62,000 nucleotides of DNA from contig OX597819.1 in NCBI GenBank assembly GCA_951406725.2, forward strand, positions 25,192,001-25,254,000. Direction: 5' to 3'. Positions 28,901 through 41,022 of the stretch are shown in pieces (position 1 is the first letter of the stretch; the number at the start of each line of letters is the position of its first letter). The notes beneath the pieces were generated by a model. It had not been told where the DNA came from, searched no databases, and saw only the letters and a program-made list of their open reading frames with translations. The DNA comes from Octopus vulgaris (taxonomy: Eukaryota). The position numbers were made by a program, and so were the translations under genes.

Positions 28901-29900
28901 ATCATCATCAAGATCAAGATCCCTTAACTGATGCAGCCAATCATTGGGGTGCAACTCCAGAGACCTTTGCAATTAGCTGTTGCCACTGGTCTCTGTTCTC
29001 TGACATGCATTGCAGGATCACAGTGCTGTGACCTGTTCAGTCCTTCTGACATGCATTGCAGGATCACAGTGCTGTGACCTGTTCAGCCCTTCTGACATGC
29101 ATTGCAGGATCACAGTGCTGTGACCTGTTCAGTCCTTCTGACATGCATTGCAGGATCACAGTGCTGTGACCTGTTCAGTCCTTCTGACATGCATTGCAGG
29201 ATCACAGTGCTGTGACCTGTTCAGTCCTTCTGACATGCATTGCAGGATCACAGTGCTGTGACCTGTTCAGTCCTTCTGACATGCATTGCAGGATCACAGT
29301 GCTGTGACCTGTTCAGTTCCTTCTGACATGCATTGCAGGATCACAGTGCTGTGACCTGTTCAGTCCTTCTGACATGCATTGCAGGATCACAGTGCTGTGA
29401 CCTGTTCAGTCCTTCTGACATGCATTGCAGGATCACAGTGCTGTGACCTGTTCAGTCCTTCTGACATGCATTGCAGGATCACAGTGCTGTGACCTGTTCA
29501 GTCCTTCTGACATGCATTGCAGGATCACAGTGCTGTGACCTGTTCAGTCCTTCTGACATGCATTGCAGGATCACAGTGCTGTGACCTGTTCAGTCCTTCT
29601 GACATGCATTGCAGGATCACAGTGCTGTGACCTGTTCAGTCCTTAGTGTTGTTAGATCAGGATTTTCTCTGTCTGCTTCCCTTTTGCTCTCCCTCAATTG
29701 TGCCCCAAAGAATGGCTTTGCTCAGGGAGTTGTTGCAGGATATGTGACTGTACTGGGCAAGCTTTTGTCTTTTTACCTGTGAAAAGAGTGGTTCTTGTCT
29801 ACCTGCATATTTGTTGACTTAGTGTCTCACAATGCTATTCATTTCTTGTTGTGTGTGGCTGTGAGAGCCAGACTCTTGCAGCTGGCATTGTGCAAAGAAT
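28901..29900 (-). mobile_element. RTE/BovB-type LINE 3' end with (GAT)n tail, containing the 46-bp array
   Basis: Minus strand gives VKRQKLAQYSHI..SLSKAILWGTIEG..RQRKS, then the array, then ENRDQWQQLIAKVSGVAPQ*, then gatgatgat. Confidence 0.7.
28999..29644. repeat. 46-bp minisatellite, 14 near-identical units
   Basis: Unit tctgacatgcattgcaggatcacagtgctgtgacctgttcagtcct; only one substitution and one extra T seen across the array. Confidence 0.97.
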
Positions 29901-32589
29901 CCAGGTATTTGAGCACAAGTGCCCTTCAAGGCTGCTACATAACCCGCACACAGAGCACAAACCGAACAGCTAATTTACTACACAAATCCTTTAAAATTAT
30001 AGTTGCATATAATTAATTACTACACGAAGGGCATTGCACTACTTCTTGTAATATGCTATTTTAATTTTTCTTTAATGACTTAATCAGGGGAGGAAGATGG
30101 ATGCCCTTGACTCTTTGCAGGGGCCCCAAAGCTGATGGTTGGAGTGAAGAGAGAAAGTCATCTCCAGATTTGAGACCGTGACCAAATACATGTAAGAGTA
30201 AACTCTGCTAAGAGTACCTAATAACAAACCCTGGCAATGATTTAAGTCTACCAGTAAAAAGCAAATATAGACCAATTGAATTTCAAGCAGCTTCTATCTC
30301 ATAAATTCCACTCACAACTTACGGCTTTGGTAGAAGACCCTTGACCAAGTTGCTACAGAGTGGGATAGAACCTGAAACCATGACGTCTCAAAACAGACTT
30401 CACAAACACCTGACCATACCTATTTCTTTATTACCCACAAGGGGCTAAACACAGAGGGGAACAAACACCTGACCATACCTTTGCACGTGCACACACATAC
30501 ATGCATGCATGCACACATACATGCGTCCCCCCACACACACACACATACAGAGAAGATCCTCTTGTCTTAGATGACAGATGAGAGATCCCTAATTTCTTGA
30601 TGACCAACCTGCTCAGGTGATTTTTTTTTTCTTTTTACTTGTTTCAGTCATTTGACTGTGGCCATGCTGGAGCACCGCCTTTAGTCGAGCAAATCGACCC
30701 CGGGACTTATTCTTTGTAAGCCCAGTACTTATTCTATCGGCCTCTTTTGCCAAACCGCTAAGTGACGGGGACCTAAACACACCAGCATCGGTTGTCAAGC
30801 AATGCTAGAGGGACAAACACAGACACACAAACACATACACACACATATATATATACATATATACGATAGGCTTCTTTCAGTTTCCGTCTACCAAATCCAC
30901 TCACAAGGCTTTGGTCGGCCCAGGGTTATAGCAGAAGACACTTGCCCAAGATGCCATGCAGTGGGACTGAACCCAAAACCATGTGGTTGGTTAGCAAGCT
31001 ACTTACCACACAGCCACTCTTGCGATTTGTTAATAGTGATCAAATGTTTGTGCTGTTCATTAGCTCAATCGCTCTCTCATATTGACATTGTCTGTACAGT
31101 TAAACAGTGTGCTTCATGTCAGATGTTGAAGTGATTGCAGAGTAGCATGAAATGAGCCATTTTGCTCAAGGACACCACCTAATAGCCTTAAACAGGGAAT
31201 CTAATGAGCATCAAAGACAGTTGGTGCACTCCTGGCAGTCAGCTATCATAGGGTAGACAAACCCTTCTCAATTCAGTTCAGGCGAGACGAATTTGGATGT
31301 GTGAAATTTAAACAAAGAGTAAAGATGATGGTGTATAGAATATACACATTTAATACTTCTTATTCCAACACATTATAAAGATCTTATAATTTCTAGTCCA
31401 GCCCTAGACTGCTCTCATGCAAGAAATAGCAGCCAGATTTTCCCCAAAGCATACATTATCATCTTAAAGAAGAACGGACACCACCTGGTCTGAGAATTGA
31501 AACCACAATCTTGTGATGATCATGAGTGTGACATCCTAATCACTGAGACCATGGACCTTCACTATATGTGTGTGTGTGTATTCAATAGGATAAGGTTCAG
31601 CTACATTGGTGTTTAGATTATTGGCTGTGAAATAACAGATGATATAGCATGGACTAAATATTTAGCAATACATTCCAAATCAAAATCTTGTATACTGGAT
31701 GGGCAACTTTGCCTTTTATCCATATTTTAACACTAAAATCAATACCAGTTACATACTGCTGTTAATTCAGATAGCTATAGCCCCAGAAAATGTGCTTACA
31801 GAAGACAGGATCATGGAAAATTGAAGTAAGAGTGAATGTGAAATCTGGTTTTGTTGAATATATTTCTACAGAGAAGTGGCTTTTGAGTTATAGAAATAAA
31901 ACTGGTGTATACTAAAATCAATGCAGACAGCCTCTTAAAAGAAACAAGCATGAATATCTACCAAATCCCTTAAGACTGCATGAATTGAAAGTCTTTGATT
32001 TACTATGTGTGATGTGGTGTGACTTTATAACAGTTTGAATCCACTATGTGTTTATAAGTATAAATATACTTATATATGAATATACCAACACACAAACACA
32101 CACACACACACACATACACACACACACACATGCATGCATGCATACACATACTGACTTATACATATGTAGATTCATAATATAGCAATAAATATGTTTTGTG
32201 AATTACAGAGAAGAAATTCAATATCTGTTGTTGGAATAAGTGTTTTGTCAGGACTGCCATAACAGTGACACAAATAGTATATAAATGCCACAAAATACAT
32301 GAATAATTTATTTCTCATTAATTTCCATCCACCCCAGCCTACTTTTAACCGGACATATCACAGACCTCCCCCCCCCCCGCAAAAAAAAAACAATGAGCAT
32401 TATTTGAATGATTTGTGTTATCCAATATCTTTTCTAAACAAAGCATTGTTGCGTAGAGAAGTTAAAGGAGGAAAACACGTGCATCCAAATCTTATGGGTT
32501 TTTTTTAAAGATGGGTTAGACTTCTTTAAATAAATAGGAAGCACATTTAACAATAGATAATAATGGTTTTTCACATAAACCCAAGGATC

Positions 32590-33140
32590 TGAAATTTATT
32601 GCCGGTGGCACGTAAAAACCACCATCCGATCATGGCCGTTTGCCAGCCTCGCCTGGCCTCCGTGCCGGTGGCACGTAAAAAGCACCATCCGACCACGGCC
32701 GTTTGCCAGCCTCGCCTGGCCTCCATGCCGGTGGCACATAAAAAGCACCATCCGATCGTGGCCGTTTGCCAGCCTCGCCTGGCCTCCGTGCCGGTGGCAC
32801 GTAAAAAGCACCATCCGACCGTGGCCGTTTGCCAGCCTCGCCTGGCCTCTGTGCTGGTGGCACGTAAAAAGCACCATCCGACCGTAGCCATTTGCCAGCC
32901 TCGCCTGGCCTCCCTGCCGGTGGCACGTAAAAAGCACTATCCGACCACGGCCGTTTGCCAGCCTCGCCTGGCCTCTGTGCTGGTGGCACGTAAAAAGCAC
33001 CCGCTACACTCATGGTGTGGTTGGCATTAGGAAGAGCATCCAACCGTAGAAACATTGCCAGATCAGACTGGAGCCTGGTGCAGCCTTCTGGCTTCCCAGA
33101 CCCCAGTTGAAACGATGATGATGATGATGATGATGTATGA
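32590..33140 (+). mobile_element. 3' end of an abundant retroelement with (GAT)n tail; minus-strand relatives at ~20905-21095, ~24498-24670 and ~41500-41775
   Basis: Shared ggcattaggaagagcatcc..gccagatcagactgg..ccccagttgaa followed by gatgatgat; the other copies start with (CAT)n. Confidence 0.7.
32601..33000. repeat. 63-bp tandem repeat, ~6.3 units
   Basis: gccggtggcacgtaaaaagcaccatccgacc.. recurs at 32601, 32664, 32727 and so on; the period of 63 explains the repetitive ORFs in the track. Confidence 0.95.
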
Positions 33141-33602
33141 TGAGGTTATGGGATATTTATGCCTCAACCAAGAACATTGTAGGTATGTTTTATTGACATA
33201 ACTAAAAAATAGCAGTGAGCTGAAAGAATTGTTGCCATGTTGGACAAGATGCTTAATAGCAGTTCTTCCAGCTTTACACTCTGAGTTCAAATTCTACCAA
33301 AGTTGATTTGCTTTTCATCTTTTCTGGGTTGATAAAATAAGTACCAGTTAAACATTGGGGTTGATGTAATAAACTATTCCCCTCCTCCAAAATTCCAGCT
33401 TTTGTGCCTGTAGTAACTAATTTATAATCAAAGTCAGTTCTTAGATTAAGCAACCAATAAATAATCGCTGCTCCATAGGACTTGAAGAATTAACCTTGCT
33501 TAATGTTTGTAGCTTGAATTTGTTACAAAATTTGAATGGTCTGGTCTATATTTTAGGGATAGAAATCCAATGTTGTGGAGTTCATGTTATGTATGCATGT
33601 TC

Positions 33603-34062
33603 ATTATTTAGTTCAAACGTAAAATCTGTGCTTTTGTATGGCTCTGAAACATGGAGAGCCACTTGCAGCAACTACAAGAAGATCCAGACCTTCATCAACA
33701 AATGTCTCCAGCAGATCTTCCATCTGAAGTGGTTCGACAGAGTGCCAAACACCGACCTGTGGGAAAGGGCCAGCCAGGAGCCCATACATGTTCAGATTAG
33801 ACAAAGGAAATGGAGATGGATCGGGGACACACTACGGAAAGAACCCTCAAATGTGACCCGACAAGCACTTGACTGGAACCCGCAGAGGAAAAGGAAGCGA
33901 GAATGCCCGAAGCAGACATGGAAGCGGAGCATTTTGGATGAGCTCAGGACCACCGGCCTGACATGGGAAGCAGCCAAGAAACATGACAATGGTCGCAAAA
34001 AGTGGAAAACAACTGTTGAGGCCCTATGTTCCAGAAGGGGCAAAAAGGATTAAGAAGAAGAT
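33603..34062 (+). mobile_element. 5'-truncated RTE-clade LINE, ORF2 C-terminus
   Basis: SNVKSVLLYGSETW..IQTFINKCL..RKWRWIG.TLRK...ALDWNPQ..RKR..PKQTW; stop at 34053 followed by a gaagaag tail. Confidence 0.85.
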
Positions 34063-37000
34063 GTATGTTCATTGAGTCTTGAACTGAAAGATGTTTATAG
34101 TTAACTAGGGGCAACTTGGAGCAAAATAACAGCCTTTTACCTGGTTTTAATTTTATTTAGTATCAGATCATCTCTGATCAAAATGAGATATGGAGTAAGA
34201 ACTTTCTAGCTATGACCATCTCGCGTTCCCTTCTAACGTAGCATATCTAGGACTATACTATCTACGTATGTTCTTCTTTAAGATGATAAGGTATGCTTTG
34301 GGGGAAAATCTGGCTGCTATTTCTTGCATGAGAGCAGTCTAGGGCTGGACTAGAAATTATAAAATCTTTATAATGTGTTGGAATAAGAAGTATGAAATGT
34401 GTATATTCTATACACCATCATCTTTACTCTTTGTTTAGATTTCACACATCCAAATTCGCCTCACCTGAACTGAATTGAGAAGGGTTTGTCTACCCTATGA
34501 TAGCTGACTGCCAGTGGGGCACCAACTGTCTTTGATGCTCATTAGATTCCCCGTTTAAGGCTATTAGGTGGTGTTGAAGTGTATTAGCTGATACTAGAGC
34601 ATTGAAAGAGAAATGGCTTTATTGGTTATCTGATAATTTTGGAGACACCTGACAACGGAAGGTATTCATAGTAGATCAAGACCAAAGGAATACATGGCAA
34701 GAAATGGTCATGTCATTTCATTAGAATGATGATCTTCATAGAAGTGATGATACAGAATTGAGAACAATGGTAATCTGTTGTTATATTGAGCATGTAGCTT
34801 CTAATATTGCCTTGGGTTGATCAATGCTTTGTGAGGGAAACTGGTGTGTGTGTGTAGTCATTTCCTCTACTCATATGAGATTACCTGAGCAAATAAATAA
34901 ATAAATGAAATGATGTCAATTTGTTTTCATTCCTGGCGAACATTATGATCTCTAGCTCTGTCCTCTCAAAAATAGTGGTATAAAATACAAATACCTTACT
35001 TGTAAAACAAACACGAGTTGGCTGTAGGAACCATGTCTGGTTATAGAAATAATGATTAAAATTAATATCCATCTAACCTATGCCAGCATAGGAAAACAGA
35101 TGTAAAGCAAATGAACGTATGAAAGAATATTGTAAGTGCAGAGTTTACAATTACTTGGGGAACATTAAATAGATACTAGACTTGTGAGATGTTCTGAAAC
35201 ATGTTATTGATGACATCCATGCTGGATCTAACCAAGATCAACCCAATCAGATTTGTTCTACAACAATAACAACTAAATCTACTACGAAAGGACTGAACCA
35301 GCACTAAGCTACTATTCACTACTACAACACTAATGGGATAGTGCACAGTTTTACCATCAATCTATTATTACCTTAATGAGAAACTTCAGTTTATTTGAGG
35401 TGTGATAAATTACATTAACTAGAAATCCATTAAATTCTATCATTAAACTAAGCTCTAATTGCTGATACGACTTCAGATGAGAGTAAGTTTGTGTGTAGAC
35501 GTTATTAACCTCTTTCCACATTAACCTACAAAATATTAAACACACCAGCAGCTATTTAATGTCATCAATTAGTACATTAGATGACAGTATGAAGTATCAT
35601 GAAAGTGACCAACTGGCCAATAAAAACATTAAATATCCGTCTCACCATTTGAGAACTCTCTTGATTTATTGGTTTAGATAAAGAACACAGACTTTAGGAA
35701 TTGATTTTTTTTTTTTTTTACTTTTCTCTCATTAAATTATGACATTTACTTATTGTATATTTGTTTGATATCTGTTTATCTGTTATAATAAATCTGTGAA
35801 TGAGAGTATTGCTTGTATACACTACACTTTTTCAAGATCAGTGACGAAAAGTCACTGGAAAAAGTGATATAAATATTTGCATTGGGACCCTTCCATCGAA
35901 AACCGGTGATTGTCGTGTGCTGATGACGGGTCAATATCCAGAAACTGCAGTCCGTGCGTATCACTTAGGTTGACGAAGGAAGGATGACCTCCCTTTGCAA
36001 ATACCGATAGGGCACAGAAAGTGTGCCTCTAGCCAGCTGGAGAAGATGTTCTCCTGGGGCTACAAGCTACAGTAACATCCACCCTTAGTGGTTAGCCATA
36101 TTGAGATGGCAAATATACTTCACATTGTTTGTCTGTTATTTTGATTATATGAAGTCTTAACTGTAGAAAGTGTATTAAGGGGCAGGAGTAGCTTAGCTTA
36201 GTGTAGCCATCACTTGCAAGCAAGATTGATTTGGTAACACATACCATGCTTTCACTAACTATTATAGGTGCTTATATAGTTACAAGGAGACTCAGGCACC
36301 CACTCAGCAGTCCCAACCTTTACCCAGCATTAAAACCAGGATGTGAATGCCAAAGGAAGAAAGGACTGAACCAGCACTAAGCTACTATTCAGCTTCAGCT
36401 AAGTAATCTAGGGCAGTGCTCTGCAAGCTTTTTTCACTTGCAGTATGCTTGTATTCTTTTCAAAATGTAGTGGCACACCTGAGCTAAAAATATAACTAAA
36501 AGTATAGGAAAAATAATTATATTCAGGTTACACTGCGGCACACCTGGCATCATCTCGTAACACACCAATGTGCTGTGGTATGCTGGTTGCAGAGCACTAG
36601 TCTAACACAAAGCGAAGTAAAGTTCTTTGCTCAAAGATACAACACATTATCTGATTGTGAAATTGAACCCAAGACTTTATGATTGTGGTCCCAGCACCCT
36701 AACCACTAAGCCTGTTAGCTTTTAGTACACAGAGTATCTAACATAATAAGAGATACTGCTATGCATTTATTCATATTTCTATACTAGCATGAGTTAAATG
36801 AATACATATTATTAAGACATTGTTTTACAGCCAGATGTCCTTCCTGTGACTAACTCTTACCTGTTTATCAAGTGAATGAGAGTTCATTCCACTTGAATTT
36901 GGAAGTTCTTGAGCTACTGGATGATTTGTTGACAGGGAAAGGTCAACAAAGGTTATCAGCCATGGCTAGGTGATTTTCATACAAAACACAAAATCTAAAG

Positions 37001-37419
37001 ATTCACACATGCACACATGTATATAAATATATGCCCTCTGCCATTAAAGCCTGACGAATCATCTATAGAGCTTAAGTGCATTATGGATGTGAAACCATTG
37101 GTCACTCTGTGACTGGACATATATTTAACTGTATGTAAATACATTACTGCTCTACACTTTAGAGCGTGCTTTTTTTTCGGATATATGATCCACTGATGAT
37201 ATATATATATATGGGCATGGCTGTGTGGTTAGGGAGCTTGCTTCCTAGTTACATGGTTTCGGGTTCAGTCCCACTGCGTGGCACTCTGGGTAGGTGTCTT
37301 CCACTATAGCCTCGAGCCGACTGGAGCTTTGTGATTGAATTCGGTAGGTGGGAGTTGCTGCCGTGTGTGTATATGTGCGGGTAGGTGCTTGTGCCTCTCC
37401 GAAAGAGAGAGAGGGATAT

Positions 37420-37732
37420 CACGTGATCTTGTGACTGACCAGGCTATCAGATGTTGCTACACATCGCTGGTCACAATGCACTTCGCATTGTTTTAGCCTT
37501 CAAATGACACCACCGCGCTGGCTAAGTGAGCAAGCCAACAGAAGAAAGAGTGAGAGAAAGTTGCGGCGAAAGAGTATAGCAGGGATCGCCAATACCCCAC
37601 CCCACTGGTGGAGCCTCGTGGAGCTTTTAGGTGTTTTTGCTCAATAAGCACTCACAACGCCTGGTCTGGGAATCGAAGCCGCGATCCTATGACCGCGAGT
37701 CCGCTGCCCTAACCACTGGGCCATTGCGCCTC

Positions 37733-37733
<1 letters not shown>
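37420..37733 (-). mobile_element. tRNA-derived SINE, head A, tail type 2
   Basis: Reverse-complement match to the 16.7 kb copy. Confidence 0.8.
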
Positions 37734-37765
<32 letters not shown>

Positions 37766-38140
37766 CAGTCTGTCTGTTCAACATGTTTCATTCAATTTCC
37801 ATCTATAAAATTCACTCACAAGCATTGGTTGATCTGGAGCTATAGTAGATAATACTTACCTAAGGTGCTGTGCAGTGAGATTGGGTTTGAAAATAATCGT
37901 CAGTGAAATAAACTTTTTAACTACAGCCATGACCACACCTTGCTAGGTTGCTTCATTTCCATGTTTATAACATTTCAGAAAATTCTTGACATCATGCCCT
38001 CAACTTCACTTGCCTAAAAATGATTTACTTTTGTATCTCATTCTACTAAAGACCTAGTTGGTTTACTAAAGGCTTACTTCTGCTCTATGATACACTTTCT
38101 GCTGTTGAGATTTCATATAATGAAAATAATAACTAAGATG

Positions 38141-38462
38141 GTGGAGGTGCAATGGTCCAGTGGTTAGGGCAGCGGGCTTGCGGTTGGAGGATCACGGTTT
38201 CGATTTCCTGACCGGGCGTTGTTTGTGTTTATTGAGCGAAAACACCTAAAAGCTCCACGAGGCTCTGGCAGGGGGTGGTGGCGACCCCTGTTGTACTCTT
38301 TCACCACAACTTGCTCTCACTCTTTCTTCCTGTTTCTTGAGTAATGCTGCCATGGACTGGCGTCCCGTCCAGCTGGCAGGGGGAACACATATGCCACAGA
38401 GACTGGGAAACCGGGCCCATGAGCCTAGCTAGGCTTGAAAAGGGCACATAAAATAAAAATGT
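38141..38462 (+). mobile_element. tRNA-derived SINE, head A, tail type 4
   Basis: Same head; tail contains gactggcgtcccgtccag; 11-bp TSD taactaagatg. Confidence 0.8.
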
Positions 38463-38764
38463 TAACTAAGATGTCATAATAGAATAAGCATTAAGGAAAA
38501 ACTACAACAATGGTTATTGAGTTGGAAGGAAACAATACCAATCAACTGTGGTAACTTAGGTTTGTCATGAGACCTAGGACTCATAAGGCCTGAGCTAAAC
38601 TTAGTTTGCATGGTGTATAAGTGACTGGGATTACAAAACTTCCCACTGGATGGGCTACCAGTCCTTTAGAGAATTAACTCTAAAGGATTGGTTAGAGTCC
38701 TTTAGAGATTTAAAACTGAGAGGACTGAACCAATGTGAAATGAAATCATCGTCATCATTCAACA

Positions 38765-38965
38765 TCCGGTGTCCTCTTATGCCTGACTTCACTCTCAGAA
38801 CAATACCAATGTGTCAAACATGTACACTTACATTACACATATAGCAGAACATACTAGCCCCTTTGCATGTCCTCTGCGTTCAGGGCCCACGTCTCACTAT
38901 CATGTAGAATTGCTGTCCATATACATGCATCATACACTCTTCCTTTCACTCGGAGAGAGCACCAC
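38765..38965 (-). mobile_element. Degenerate RTE LINE ORF2 C-terminal fragment
   Basis: Minus strand gives RVKGRVYDACIWTAILHDSETWALNAEDMQR. Confidence 0.7.
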
Positions 38966-41022
38966 CCAGTCTAATAATCTGAAACATGATTGTAAGTTCC
39001 TGAGTGCAACACCCTTATCTCTAGGCCATGCACCTTAACTCTTTGACAGCACCCCAGAAAAAAAGAAAAAATCTTTTTCAGCACCTGAGCACTGTATATA
39101 ATAATTTTATTATTATAGTATTAAGATAAGCTATTTTTAAGTCTCAGTCAGAGAGAGGGTTACACTGTTGACCCCTACTGCAAGGTGTCTGAGGTTAATG
39201 GGAGCAAAATGGCAGATAAACCACAATTAATGGCTTATTCTCAAACTAGAGACCTGCTCTGAATGCTTATAGCAGAGTAGTCTCTGCTAAAGTCACACAT
39301 GGTCAGATGGTGGTGTTCAGCTAGGTGTTTGCTGATGATTTCAAAACAGAATGAAATGATATACATAACTACCTATTACTAATAGAAAAAAGAAAACTAT
39401 TCAGAAAAACTGCTATAGCCCTGGGCCAACCAATGCCTTGTGAGTGGATTTGGTAGACTGAAACTGAAAGAAGCCTGTCGTATATATGTATATATATATA
39501 AGTGTGTGTGTATATGTTTGTGTGTCTGTATTTGTCCCCCTAGCATTGCTTGACAACCGATGCTGGTGTGTTTACGTCCCCGTCACTTAGCAGTTCGGCA
39601 AAAGAGGCCGATAGAATAAGTACTGGGCTTACAAAGAATAAGTCCCAGGGTCGATTTGCTCAACTAAAGGCGGTGCTCCAGCATGGCCGCAGTCAAATGA
39701 CTGAAACAAGTAAAAGAGTAAAAGAGTAAAGAGAGTAGATATGTATATTCTGTGCATCTTCCTTGTTCCATTTAGATTTAGGATTTGAACTCCTCACTCT
39801 GTCATGATTTATCATTCATCAACAAGTGATTATCTCCCTTAAAGTAACTGCCACCCAGGTACCACATGTTCAAAAGACTCAAGTGTTTTCAGAATAATGA
39901 AATGCATTTCAGAAACATTTTTGAATTCATTATAAAAAAAATCAAATAGACAATGATAATAATTCAAGATATATAATATGTAAATATACTTTTAGCTTAT
40001 ATTATATCATTTTGCGATAGACCTGAGTAAGTCTTTTCCAGTTTTGGATAAATTCTTAGCAAGGTTAATCCCTTGCAGATGGATTTAGTACTGACAGTTT
40101 GTGCTGTGTACTGGTATTAGATGTACAGTAACTACATAATTTTTCATATAAAGAACTTTACAGTGTTTTCACAAATACTTCTCAGTGTGGTATATTTGAA
40201 AAACCACAGTGCCACACAGAACAGGACATCACACTGCTCTCACACAGTGTCTTGATGTGGTCGATACCACTCCCCGTCTGCAAAGAGCCTACAAGAAAAT
40301 GAGTTAGTTTTATGTTATGAATTTTTAAAGCAGCGGTGAGGGGCACCCCTCATCCAATTCAAACTTGAAACCTTTGATACTCTTTGCTAATGGTGTCTTT
40401 AATAAATGATAAAAACAAACAAACAAATGATTTGTATCTTAATACCAAAACAGTTATTTAATACACATCACATATTTATGAATTTGTAACATTAAAAATA
40501 CATTATTTCTTTTAGTGCAGATGTCCTCTCCATGGTTTCTTAACTTACATTTCACTCTTGGTTCTACAAACGTTCCCTACCCTTGATTTAATGAAAGTGA
40601 GAGCAGTGAAGTATCACAAGCAGTTGAGCTCTGATCACATATATGTGACTAGTGATATTTAGTTACGTTCCTCAATGTACTGAGTTCAAATTATGTCAGG
40701 GTCAGTTATGTTGTTTATCCCATATATCAAGATGATTTCAAATGACTTATCCTTTGAAAGGCTGTGACCCAAAATCCATAAACTAGATGATAGTGTATAG
40801 ATCCAATGATTTTATAAGCTGTTGATGGAAAACTAAATGAAAGGGAACTATAACTGAACTAATATATACATACATATATATATAAATCTTTAGGTAAATA
40901 TATTCAATAAGAATATTATATACTGAGTGCTCCATTGTATAAAAATATTAATACTATTAAAGTATTTATATATTTAATACCAGCGATATATACATATATT
41001 TTTTTATAATATATTATCATTA

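Larger units (their letters stand above)
31172..34574. repeat. ~300-bp inverted duplication (arms 31172-31475 and 34270-34574)
   Basis: Arms are reverse complements at high identity by eye, e.g. ggcagtcagctatcatagggtagacaaacccttctcaattcag versus ctgaattgagaagggtttgtctaccctatgatagctgactgcc. Confidence 0.9.

Noticed and set aside
28999-29644. CRISPR-like array, or recombination-signal array (each unit contains CACAGTG)
   Set aside because: Units are contiguous and identical with no unique spacers, no cas genes and no nonamer; the unit derives from a LINE 3' end.
32571-33055. Four overlapping repetitive ORFs of 106-143 aa
   Set aside because: Produced by a 63-bp tandem unit open in several frames inside a retroelement 3' region.
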